Positions 12,864 to 25,377 of a stretch of DNA of 38,803 nt are shown in pieces. Position 1 is the stretch's first letter. Each line of letters opens with the position of its first letter. The notes below the pieces were generated by a model. That model made no database searches, was not told where the DNA came from, and worked only from the letters and a program-made list of their open reading frames with translations. The position numbers were made by a program, and so were the translations under genes. The stretch is from Paraglomus brasilianum (lineage: Eukaryota): positions 1-38,803 of the forward strand of contig CAJVPI010000251.1 in NCBI GenBank assembly GCA_910592345.1, given 5' to 3'.

Positions 12864-13664
12864 CGGCCCCTTGACAATAAAGATTTCTAATTAATTACGA
12901 CATGCGACATTGCGATTAGTAGAATAGTTTCCAACCTATAGGCTTTCGACATTTATCCCACCGAGAGAAATAGACGTATTTACTCGAGGTTGATTAGAAA
13001 TCCAGAGAAAGCGTACGCAAGATCGAACTCAATTCGTGAGCGTTTAAACCCAATAAATTAAGGTCACCAAAATTGTCAACGCGGATTTAACCGAAGCAGA
13101 GATAGTCAAGGATCTCGTTGGAAAAAGGTTAAATCTCAAGGTCAATATTCGTTCCGCTCTCCCCCGAGTATTGGCTCGACATCCCAAAAGCTGAACGCCT
13201 TAAAAAAACTCTGTCCGGACCTTTTTTTCAACGAGTGTGATTATTATGTTTGAATAACAACTTATTCGGATGTTACGAGACTAATAGATAGAGAGTTAAT
13301 AATAAACACACAAATATACTATTGAGTACATCATTGAAACATGGGATATAATTGACGAGAAGTAAAACAAACATAATCTATTAAATCAATATTTCTTCGG
13401 TTTTATTGTATAAAAGGTAGCAGCAGTGCTAGTTTAGCATACTTCCTTAAGACTGCATACGAGCCTAATTATTAAAGGCGTATGTGAGCCGGTAAACCCT
13501 ATCATAACTTACCGGAGAAGAATAAACTTGCCCGTAGAAAGAAAGGTTCGAATAGAAATTAATCTCAAGTGTCGTATACCATCGCTTCCCCAGATATTTG
13601 GCATGACAAGTGTGGAACATGTAAGAAATTAAAAAAAAAAAATTTTTTTTTTATTATTACGATA

Positions 13665-14058
13665 GCGAGCGTAAGTATTACAAACCATCATCACCTGTAA
13701 AATTCTAGCTCAATCGGATGTCTCTAGAAAAATTTCCAAACATTCAAATCAAAGCCGCACATCGTTTATTTCGACATAAACTTCAAAAATCCATATTTCT
13801 AATCAATTTGCGTGATTTTTTTTTGCTTGTCAAATCAATACCTACGTGTTTCTTAAGATGTGTGGTCGAATTAGAAAAAAATCGTTATTATACTTGCAAT
13901 AAACGAGTATAATATTATCATGTTGCCATTTTTGAATTCTTATGGCCGAAATCGCGAGATATCTTAAGGTAAAAGCTTTGGTATTTGAAAAATTTCCGGA
14001 GACAGTCGATCGAACTGAAATTTTACATATAATTAAGTTTGTCATACACTATACGCGC
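13665..14058. mobile_element. Diverged foldback/TIR element remnant
   Basis: TGTAAAATTCTAGCTCAATCGGATGTCTCTAGAAAAATTTCCAAA (13696-13740) pairs with TTTGAAAAATTTCCGGAGACAGTCGATCGAACTGAAATTTTACA (13984-14027). The similarity extends outward. Confidence 0.55.
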
Positions 14059-14069
14059 AAAAGGTTTAC

Positions 14070-14136
14070 TTGTTCCTCAGTTGGAGACCTGTTTTAGTTC
14101 TGGACTCTGAGATAGGTCCCAACTCAGACACAACAC
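14070..14136. mobile_element. Palindromic mini-MITE family P, copy 3 (short)
   Basis: TTGTTCCTCAGTTGGAGACCTG...AGGTCCCAACTCAGACACAACAC. Confidence 0.7.
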
Positions 14137-14852
14137 GTTTATATTTTATTTAGTGTTAGGAAAAATTTAATAAAAGCACATTTTGGTTGAATTCAAAAGT
14201 CTTTTCTGGTAGTTAAACTTTGCAATATACTCTTATAACAATTAGGAAGTAAAATTTTACTGACGGGCGAACAATGTGAACAAAGAAGAGGGAGGTGAGG
14301 TCAAGTAAAACTTTTCGAATAGTTTTCTTATTATACGGGTTTGAGGAAATTATTCTATATCTTGAGTTATAAATAAAATAATGGGATGCTGAAAAGTTTT
14401 GTTCCTGAATACAATTATTAAAAACTGTTTCGTTTCTCGAGGTACTCGCAATTAACATCTATCAGAAAACAGTGAGCAGGCTATTCTCCCAACTCTGAAA
14501 GCCACTTCTCATAACCAGCTTTTAGATACTGTTGCTGTTTACGGGTTTTCAAAAAAAATGGGGAAATAAATTTGTCTTCGTTCCTCGAAATGTTGCGAAA
14601 CGACGCTTGGTATTTGGAATAGTCGTTGGATCCAACTCTGGCGACAAAATTTTTCTGCAACATCACGTAAGACTTACTGTATGATTGACTGGTACCCTAA
14701 CATCCAGCTCTTAACCATGTAAAATATAAGCGTTGAAAACGAGAAAATTCTTCTCCAAAGATTATAGCAATTGTTGCTTTGTGCATTGTTTTTCTCGTTC
14801 TTGGTTCTGTTGTTTTTGTTTTGACTGTGGGTTCTTATTGCTGTACTGTAAC

Positions 14853-14958
14853 TGCATGTGCTGTACCTCAGTTCGGACCATATCAGTCCACAACTCCAGA
14901 ACCCAGTCATCTCAGTCCAGAACTGAGACGGGTCCCAAACTGAAGCACAACACATGCA
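14853..14958. mobile_element. Palindromic mini-MITE family P, copy 4
   Basis: TGCATGTGCTGTACCTCAGTT ... AACTGAAGCACAACACATGCA. Confidence 0.8.
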
Positions 14959-15296
14959 CGTAACTTCATGTTTGCTGTGATGCTAACGGTGTAAACGGTG
15001 ACGTATTCTGAATTTCTGCGTAACTCCGACTGTGTCACAGAAATCAACCGCAGCTGCGGAATTGCAGTAGGCAATACCAGCATCGCTGTGAAAGTAGCAA
15101 CGTATACTGAGGACAATAGCTTAGATAATCAGTACGCTGCCGCTCGAAAGATGTATAGATTTCAGTTAGATTGAAAGTCAGTGCATGTTTAGAATGTTCT
15201 AATTACTCTCGATTCCTTTATTGTAAATAAATGTGTAGTTCTTTATACTCTGAAATACATTGTTAATGATTCATTCCCTGGTAACTTGTCGGTATA

Positions 15297-15471
15297 CACA
15301 GTGAAAGTCGATATAAGATATAACGGATTTCGCTTAGTATTAGTACGAATTTTTTTCGATAAACGGAGCTTAACGAGACATTGTTCAATATAATGGAATT
15401 ATAACTGAGTGTCACGATATAACGGATTTGTACACTGTCCCGAGGAATCCGTCCTATCGACTTTCACTGTG
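15297..15471. mobile_element. 175-bp MITE with CACAGT ends, TA-flanked
   Basis: TA|CACAGTGAAAGTCGATA ... TATCGACTTTCACTGTG|TA (17-bp perfect TIR), with an internal GATATAACGGATTT repeat. Confidence 0.88.
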
Positions 15472-18400
15472 TAGCTGAGAAACCGCTAATCCCTATATCG
15501 ATGAAGAATAATCGCCTGAGTGGCAAATTACGATAATTAATTGCTATGTAGATGCGCATTATTATTATAATTAAAAATACTATTGTACCCCACAATTAAT
15601 ATATCCAGGATTAGCGTCACTCTACGACAGGAAGGTTTTCGTTTCAAAAGCCTATATCTTTTGCATTTCCTTACCTCCATTGTCATTTGCCTGATACAGT
15701 AATTACATGAGTAAGCAATATAGTTGTGATACGTCAAATTGCCACCTACAAATTTTGTACATTTGCATTCATTGCCATCATCCAACAATTGCTGTTGTGA
15801 TAAAATCTTTTAATCGAGCATTACTATTTCATTATACTCTTATAATGTTACCTGATTGTCTTTGCTATTCCCATCTGACATATTTCGTTTGGAATTGACA
15901 TAAATGTTCTGGCCCGTAACGAAATTCAATCGGACCAAGCATAAACAATGTTGATTAGATGTCGCTTATATTAGACAATGTGCCTATTTTCGAATCGAGC
16001 AGGATTTCGCTACGGTCAGAACATAAATTCCCATCTAAAACTGACATCCAGCCTTGATATTATTGGTATTATAGAGTAGATCAAGTACACAATCCTAACA
16101 CAGTAAATTGTTAACGTGAGTTTAAAAATAATAGGTAACTACCTGACAACTTAAGCAAGCTACTTTCCCAGGCGTCGAACATAATTTGACGGCAAACAAA
16201 AGATATTTTACTTACTGAGAGTTATGGAAACTGTCTCGCAAAATGCCATGTCTAACCAGATTACATTAATGGAACAGATGTGCGAAATGCCAAAACGTTT
16301 GCAGACATTTCCTTTTGGCAAGTACCTATGTTTTAGTTTTCTCTTATCATGGCAAGTATTGGGTAAAGATGTTTGTGTGAGTAGAGAGAAAAACAGTCGT
16401 GTGCGTGTTTTTTTTCTCAACCCCAGATTCGATATAGACGTCTTAAATGGCCACGTACCGGATAAAGATGCAAACTGTACAAACTCGCTTTGCTTAAAGC
16501 CTTCGTTTATATTGACGAAAGCGGAAAGTTGTTTCACAAGGAAAGATACCAAAACTTTACTGCTATCGTTTTTACTGGACTGACGTTCATTAAGCAACTT
16601 TGAAAATAAATCTCGTGAAGCGAAAAAAAATTTTCCAAGCAAATTCTTCAGTTAATGACGGAGGACGAAAAGGAAGTCAAAGGTAGCGAATTGTTTCTTT
16701 GTAAAAGCGTCTGAAGTAATCGCCAGTTCATCTGAATGATTACAAGTCAAAACTTAATCCATAATTAGCAAGATTAATACGACTGATGAATGCATATCTT
16801 ACTAAAAGTATACAAATAATAAAAATTTCATGTGATATCGCTTCGTGGCGCAATCCATTGCCCCATTATTAAAACTCATGTGACAGATTGTGTATAAACA
16901 GTAAAGCGACACTCATTTTTCATCAAATCCTTAATGTTCATTTTTGGCACTGAACGTAATTTGTTTTACCTTTGCTGGCAGTTTTCTATAAATATGACAT
17001 AATTTTATGGTTTGTGTGGTATATATTACAAAGCGATAACTGTACTAACCTCAAAGGATAGATGGAAATACAAAACGAGGTCTTCAATTGCGTAATTTGC
17101 ATTCTGCAGACTGCAAAAGTTTAACAATAACAGCTCCAACTAACCATACGGAGACTGCAAGCACGATCGATGAAACATAACCGAGGTTTACGCAGCTGTG
17201 CGAATAACGCTTTTAGCAAATATGTGACAAGCCTACTGATCATCAATGATGTACACAAACCCTGTTTTTACCTATTTGTCTCCCCCCCTGATAAACCTTA
17301 TTCGATCATCATGTGTTCAAGTTATTCTCCCTCGGAAAAATCCGAAACCCACATTCTTTATTTACTCCGAAAACCACGTTCTTGATTTACTTTGTGAAGC
17401 TTCTTCCAACCGCAAACAAGCGGGTGTTTAATTAGAACAAAAACGGTTTGTTTTGACATATGATAGGATAACAAACACGGGGACAACAGCTCATTTGAAT
17501 TCAACAGTTTCTGCAAAGCCGATGTAGAGACTTGACCATTGTAAATTTTATTTTATTGTCTTCAAATAGTTAACAAAGTAACTTGAGTTAATTGGGTTTT
17601 ACTTCTGTCGGAGTTGGAACAGCTTTTCGCGCCTCGGCAATTTCTTCGGGATAATCCATTTTCTTCATGTCTTTTTATTAACAACTCGGAGAATATTTTA
17701 ACAAAGAGTGTTTGGACCGGATTTCAACGCTATTTATCCTTTTGTTTATGTAACTGTAAATTGATTAAACAGCCGGGTTTTAGGAGTTTATTTTAACTAA
17801 CATTGTTGTCAGGCTGCGGCCGTTTAAACAATAGAGTGCTCTGATAATAGTAGTAGTCATAGTACTATTGTTGTGTTATTGTTGTGAGCGTGCTGTTAAG
17901 GTGAAGTGGTGGCAATAGCGGCGGGCGTTAACATTGTTGTTTATTTGTTTGTTGTTTGCTGTCGTGGCTACTTTGATAATTAATTACGATTAAGTACATA
18001 TCATAAACACTCCTTCAATGCAAGAAAAGTATCAAAAAGTTATGACACTGTTATTGAGATAACCTATTCTTTTTTTGTAAAATGAGTTGGGAGTCTCAAT
18101 AATATTTGTGCTGCGATATCCCAAAATAAAGTTGTACCATATTTTTTATTATTGGTGCCGCTTGTGCTAAGAGTTTATCCAGCCATGGTTTTTGCAAGAA
18201 TACGGAGAGTGACAAAACTCAAATAATTCGTTTATTAAGATTGCACAATTATATAAAGGTTTAAATTAAAAAATTTTTTTTTCAGGAATCGGGCGTTCAG
18301 GTTTTATCCGCTCATTGTTAAACTTTATTTACGTTTGTCTATCTTATTCGTTATACCTGCACAAGGTTGCCACTTGTAAGATAAATAATCCGAATTAGTA

Positions 18401-18997
18401 TTATTACATAACTAAATATACTTTTACATTGGTCTTCCCATGCAGACGTCTGGCCTGCGTTTTATACAAGATAAAATAAATTATTACTTAACGCGCTTCT
18501 ACAAGTTTCATAGTCCTATTAAGGCATATATCATTACAAGCTGTACTACATTCTTCAACATACCTGCAAAAAATTTTGACGAAGTATTAAAGGTGTTAAA
18601 TAGGACACTTCGGACCATTTTATGGTAGGAGACTAAATAAGCCCCATACGTAATGACCGAATAATATTACATCATGTTTGGGTTGCTTATTGGATGTGCA
18701 GGGACCTCTGTCGGAATATACTCACCGAAAATTTATAAACCAGTTTAACCGAATAATGATAAAATAAGCCGTTCTGCTTTAGGCAGAGACCATTTTTGAA
18801 ACCACCCAAAATTTATAAATACCACACTCAAGTCCAAAGCACGGTAATTAATTAACATCTATTGCTTCTCTCCGCATCTTTGGTACTTTATTATACCAAT
18901 TCTCAAGTATTGAAGGTAAGATGGCATGTTTACGAATTGCTATTATCATAGCTACTGTCTGCGTTTCTCATTATACAATTACCTTCTATTAGTCGCT

Positions 18998-19647
18998 ATG
19001 AGAAAGTATTGGAACCACCAGGTAATTTCTTGGCATTCACATTATTACTTTACTTTTGACTGTAGTCGATTATCTCATACACTAATTTCTGCTGCCATAC
19101 AGGAAGATGACCGGCTTATCGAACTCTATAGTTCTTTGGGGCCTGCATGGAGATTGATCTCGCGTTGTATGAAAACTAGGACTGCGAGACAGTGTTCTGA
19201 AAGGTGCTTAGATAACATGATATTAATTCTCAGTGTTTTCAAAGATTTTTGGGCCGCCAATGCTTTATTTTACTCACTTCTCTCCGTTACAACTATCGTT
19301 ATTAACTCGGGGTAACTTCCAATGATCCCGTGTTGCACTCTAGGTGGTACAATGCACTATACCCAGGCAGTAAGTTACCTAATATCACGATTTTACTAAT
19401 TTAGTGTGTGTAGTGACACAATGTTGATGAACATTCTATCATTATGCCAGTCAATAACAGCCCACTTGACTCATTCGAACGCAACACTATCGAGACCATG
19501 TATAATATGTACGGCCCAAAATGGAGTAGAATTGCCTCAAGTCTCCCTGGTCGTACGCCAAGGATGGTGAAAAGTTTTTGGTATCAGACAAAGCGAGCTG
19601 AATCTCGCATTCGGAGGCAGATGTCTATACAAAGGCTACTTGTCTAA
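18998..19647 (+). CDS. Mini R2R3-type MYB protein 3 (115 aa, 4 exons)
   Basis: Exons 18998-19021, 19103-19203, 19344-19369 and 19451-19647 with introns of 81, 140 and 81 nt: MRKYWNHQ/EDDRLIELYSSLGPAWRLISRCMKTRTARQCSER/WYNALYPG/INNSPLDSFERNTIETMYNMYGPKWSRIASSLPGRTPRMVKSFWYQTKRAESRIRRQMSIQRLLV. Confidence 0.93.
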
Positions 19648-22600
19648 ATATGGCATTATTATTATGTATTTTCTATGCAATTATGCTAAGTTATAATGTC
19701 TATAAGGATCATGATATGATTAAGTAAGCACGTATATTAACAGCAACAGATTATAAGGACCCCTTTAAAATTATATGAATAAAAGTATTTGCGCCTAATT
19801 CGCAAACACACACACATATATATAACATTCTTATCGAACGTCAATTAACCAATGCGGAATTGCCAAAAGTCATTCACTTATCCACGTGAAGCTATTGGTT
19901 AGAGCACCAAATAAGTACGATATATCCCAACTTGATTCAATAGACAGATAATACATAAGCCACAATAGGCTCACTGCGTACGCGTTTCTATTGTCTTTCA
20001 CAACCTGATTGTTTTTTTTACTACGGTTTCACAGTTACTTATTTATGCATAGCATAGCCGGATATACGCATGTACTTTAAAAAAAAAGTTTGTATTTGAT
20101 AGCCCGAATGCATCTAATTAATTATCGCTGCATCTACAGACACCATAGCTGTACGATCAAACATACCTAATTATATATTTTGATTAAATATATTAGATAT
20201 TAAATATTAAATATGTTACCGCTTAGAAACATCATAACAATTTTTGTAGCCAAGCGCATGCTCGTTATTTTTGCTATAGAAAATAAAAAGATTTCTTTTG
20301 TCGACAGAAAAAGCAACATAAATTGTAATGTGCACCAACGAAATACAAGTTGATATCTATGGCGAACAGTTCATAGCTGTTTTCTTTTGCGTGAGATTAC
20401 ACCACGGCAATCAATTAAAATTAATAAATGTGGGGGAAGAAGGCGTAAGGTGTTATTAATATAGTCATCTAAATAACTGGTGAGACCATATATGTTTGCA
20501 TTGGTTACTTTATGGGGCAATGTTATTTCTATTTCTTAATATGAATATGTAAAAAAAAAAAGTGGTCACCTGACATTAGTGGGTTGATATAGAATAGCAC
20601 GCAGTATTGTATAAAACACTTGCAACCCACACGTAATACTAACTTTGTGTAATCAAATATATGCTAATTTAGTAAACATGAAAGCAAGTTTTATTTTTAT
20701 AGGACCGACAATTTATATTGAATAGTGATTTCAATAAACTTTCTTTCAGAGATTATCTCAACGGAATTTTCCGGTAAAACCGAAAGTCACTTGTGTCCAG
20801 ACATTCCTTTTCTCGGTTTCAAGAGTCATCAATAAAAGAAATGTGTTACTTAATGAAGACTGCATGGTAAATGGGATTGTTTAATTGTGAGTATGAAGCT
20901 CGTTATATCGGAGAAGGACACGAAATAACTAAAAGCCATTCGTAAAGTCACAGATTTTGCTTACAAACAATTCATTTCTATTTCGACTTCTATGTATGTA
21001 ATAATGAGTCTCTTGCAGTAACATAGGACCCGTGATGATCGATCAACCCGTATTACAACAGACATGCACGCAGAAGGGCATTTCGTATATCCGCATTATA
21101 AATTAATATGTAAGACGTCATATTTAACCATGATGGAATTCATTGATGCAAATAATTAATATTATTTTTTAGGTTAACTTCGGGAGAATTTAGTGTAACA
21201 AACATTAGTTCGCTTATGACGAGTAAGCTCAAGTCAGCTGACAATCCTGCAATTTGTACTTCTAAAAATGGTGGTACACATAGTGCACAACCAACATGTT
21301 TGTGCAGCCATATTATTGTTGTAACTTGATAAGGTCCCTAAGACAGTTTAATATTAGTAAAGAATGCAGGATCGAAACAAAGACCTTGCTTATACGTATG
21401 TATTTAAAAGTGTAAGATCGAAAATTCCCAAATGATAATCGATTCTTAACATAGTAATAATCTAACTTTCCTCAATTATTGATGCGATGACTATGTCACT
21501 AAGGGATGAAAAGCATATTCAATCTAAAAATAAACTATAATAATTAATAATATATTACAAACTATCCATACGTTGTACACAACATAATCTTATAGTACAG
21601 TTTCAAATTCTTTCATGAGACTAGTATTTCGTTGGATACCTTAATTCATTACAACAATATGTTAGAATTATGTCTATGTTATCTGAAAACAGGCGTACAA
21701 AGACATCTAAGCGATATGATTGCAGAAGATCACTAATACTAAACAGTGTTGAAAGCTTATTTAAATTGTGACAGAATCCTATTTTGGTAAAGCTTGTTCA
21801 ACGATAGCAGAACAATACTTAGCTTTTTTGACGATCATATTAATTTTTACTAAGAAAATTCGAATTAGTTCTTAAGCTAGCTAAATTAAACAAACGAGCA
21901 CAAGATGTTTGCACTTCCCACACTATCATGCCGTTGACCTGTTCGAGATTCTTTTTATCATGACCTCAAATAAACAACTATCTTGCTTTAAGCTTTGTGG
22001 CTTGTGCTGCTATTGCACAACTTGACTTGTTACGCACATTCTGTACTAGCAACTCCTCCATGATGCCCCCACACCCGCAACTTGCGGCTAAACGGTCTTA
22101 CGGTTCGGCTTTCTAATATCGTGAAATTATTAATAAAGTTGTGTATAGCGTATTATAATTGTTTCGAACAAATAGCATTCATAAGAAGTGGTTCGATATC
22201 TCTGAACTAAGCCTCTTCTTAAATTGCAATATTTGGACGGAGGAGCACATATTCGTGGAAATTAACTCTCGGGTTAGAATATCTTAAGATTCATGCAGAG
22301 ATATTATTAGATTTTTGTTAACTCTGTATTAACTTTTAATAATCGACCTTTCCCACCCAGATGCTGGAATAATAATGTCAGATGCTAGCTAATAGGAACG
22401 GCTGAACTTTTTGTTGAAGGCGGTTCGTTTAGATGACTACGAGGAAGTAAGTCTGACTCGGGCTGTGTAGCAATATAATTACATTAATAAAGTCGTTCGT
22501 CGATTTAATCGATCATATCCACTTTTGCTTCACTCTTTTTATGCAGGTGCTGACAGTGAGAGACATGGTTTGTATGCGGTTATTATCAACTGAGAGCACT

Positions 22601-25234
22601 CTGCTAGCAAAGTGCTCGCGAACTCGGCACTTGTAATATACTGATACGTGAATCTCTCTTAATTGTGCGTAGGTGGACACCTTAACTGCCCACCAAACGA
22701 AGAATTTCCTTGAGTTGCGTGGAAGAATAAATATAACGCTGATAGACGTCAACGTTATCCCGTTGTCCCGAGCGGAAATAGAGAAGCTTTAGAAGAACAC
22801 AAAGATTAAAGGCATGAGACACCTTTATCATTGTGTTGAACAAATAGGCAAGTAGTTACTATTGTCTTTATCGTCTAATAAGATGGTAATCAAAAATTCA
22901 ACTACATATTATCGCGTCGAAGTGCATTTACTATTTGGGACCCTTCGACCGTGCATGCTATTGATTTTCTCGGCTCACCTTTGATGTAAATTCATAATAG
23001 GGCACATTGTCATACTACTCTTTACAAATACTTCCCCGATGAGTTGGGATTGATGCCCGAGCGAGGTCACGGCAGTGAAACAGTTGAATGTTTCTCCCCA
23101 ATTTTTTTGCCCTATGAATCGGAGACAATGTTTGCTTTGGAAGTTGTATAATTATTTCCAACTCGCCGGAAAAGCTGAAGATAGTTGGTAAGTTTTTATC
23201 TTTTTCTTTCACAAAATTAAAGGTATAGAATTTTATTAGCGAAAGACATAGTTCGGAAATCTCACTTTTATATTCAATTTTAGGTGTAAATGTCCCATGT
23301 TAACAGTTGGAATAAAGCAGTCAATAAATGTTTTTTGGCCGGCGACAGATATTTTTTTCGTTAAAACAAAATTAATCGTTTCCGCAATATATAGCGCAAC
23401 CTTTGTCTTCTAATATTTTGCTCTTTTTCAATATATTCTCAGTACGGGGAAACACATCAATGGTTAATAGTCGCACAATCAATATTTTTGTTCATCAGTT
23501 GGGTGCTTAGTCAACATATATGGTCTTGGTCTTCTTCATCTTTGACTTTAACGGTGATTACATCATGGAGATTGTGTAACATTCTGCTTATTCGACCACC
23601 GGATTAGCTATTCTCAGTTTATGATAGAACCAGATTTTGGTAAGAAGTGACAAGTTGTTGTGAACAGGGTGTTCGAAGAAACAATTATTGAATATCACAA
23701 AGGTAGGTGACAACGCTTCGAATTTTCGAATTGCTTGCGTAATGTTCTAAGTTGAAAATCAATTCATTGTTGTTCTTCACAGTATTACGCGGCATCACCG
23801 AAGATCTAAGCGGTTTTATTTTATTGGTTCTGTACGAAAGTTTTCATCAAACTGTTGAAGCGTGCGTTTCTAATTGCAATAGTGTAAAGCAAGTTTATTG
23901 ATTTTCTCGTTAATGTGTTCAATAGAATTGATTTGCAAGATAATAATGATCCTGCTATAGGTTAACTCGAACATGAATTGCAAGTCATAAATCCGGCACA
24001 ATTACGACAGTCGATACTCATCTTACGTATGCCGTCCTCTAGTGAATAAGTGTCTACCTTCACCATGTAAGCCCGTTCGGGAGGCATTCATTTCATCGAC
24101 AGTACATTTAATGCTTTAATGTTGTTAATTTCTACTTTAATAACTATCACTATAATAGGAATCGTAAAGATAATACAGAATTTTGGTATTATGAATACCA
24201 GTACCCTTCTTTTTGGCATTATCTACTTGTTACTAGCGTACTGAACAAAGTACGTGATCGAGCTCTATCCCATTTGACCTGACCAATACTATATCGCTTA
24301 CTGCTATAACAAGATTTTGACCCTCTATAATCTATAGCTTGACAGATTCTTCAGTGCCTTGGTTAGTACAGTTGCCTACGAAAGTATTGTCGATGACTGA
24401 AGGTACCCTGCATTAATACGCTGAAGCGACGAGGAGGAAGCAAATATTTCCGTACAAGTTGGTAGACAGGCGCTAACAAGATTTTAGGAACAACAGAGGT
24501 TATAACAGATAATAATACAGATACATACGTTATTTGATTCAGTAGAAAAGTCTAAACGCCAAACTTTATCAACAGAATTTATTCAACAATAAAATAGAAT
24601 CCGCACTTTACGATTCCTGTTTTAATGATAGTCATTAAACCAAAAATCAGCAACATTAAGGCTTTAAATGCTCGGTGAAATGTACTGTTGATAAAATGAG
24701 CTGGACCCGTTAGACACGGATGCTTTCGCAGTTGAGATATCAAAACTGACCGGTAACTTTATTCTTCATACCAGCTATCTTCAATACTATTCAACACAAC
24801 TTCCCCTTAAATGATGATCGCGTACGTGCTAAATTTTGTACGAGCGTGACTCAGTTTTCGATATGCCTTAATTGTTAGACGTTCGAATTTCAGTCTTCAC
24901 ACTATGTTTGAAGTGTAAATTATTAGTACTGTAGTAACATCTTTCTAGAAATATATGCTCTTCCACAATAGTTTGTTGTTTTTGTATTAGTTGCTAATTA
25001 TTATAAACGTCCTAGACCGATTTAATAGCATCACATCCCATTACATATTTACTGCTGACCGGTCGCACTTTCATGTCACGTTTCGAACAAAATTATTACT
25101 TTACTCTTGTGTTCATATTTTGTTAATTGATATTACACCCATTGGACAAAAGTATTGGTAATTTTTGTCGATCAATTAGTAAAATTCTTTTTTTCGAACA
25201 TCTCTATTGTCTGTACTACTATGTAAGTTACAAC

Positions 25235-25377
25235 GGGAGGCAATCATTTCATCGACAATCATTTCACCGACAATCATTTCACCGACAAATATTCACCAAC
25301 ATTATTTCGAAGTAATCCTTTTTTGGTAGTTAATTGTCGGTGAAATGAAATGATTGTCGATGAAATAATACGGACCC
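25235..25377. mobile_element. 143-bp GGG...CCC TIR element flanked by direct repeat GTTACAAC
   Basis: GTTACAAC lies at 25227-25234 and 25378-25385. There are three CAATCATTTCA(T/C)CGA units on the left and inverted TGTCG(G/A)TGAAAT units on the right. Confidence 0.8.

Noticed and set aside
12940..13253. Frameshifted coding-like fragment (IKVTKIVNADLTEAEIVKDLVG...)
   Set aside because: Too short and broken to assign.
14213..17796. Overlapping ORFs 16208-16642(-) and 16224-16583(+) and neighbouring minus-strand fragments
   Set aside because: They may be a decayed gene or transposon, but I recognise no motif and cannot build a consistent exon chain. BLASTx is needed.
18926..19315. 129-aa ORF as a stand-alone gene
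   Set aside because: It is MYB-3 exons 1-2 read through the stop-free 81-nt intron 1 and into intron 2. The spliced model fits the paralogs.
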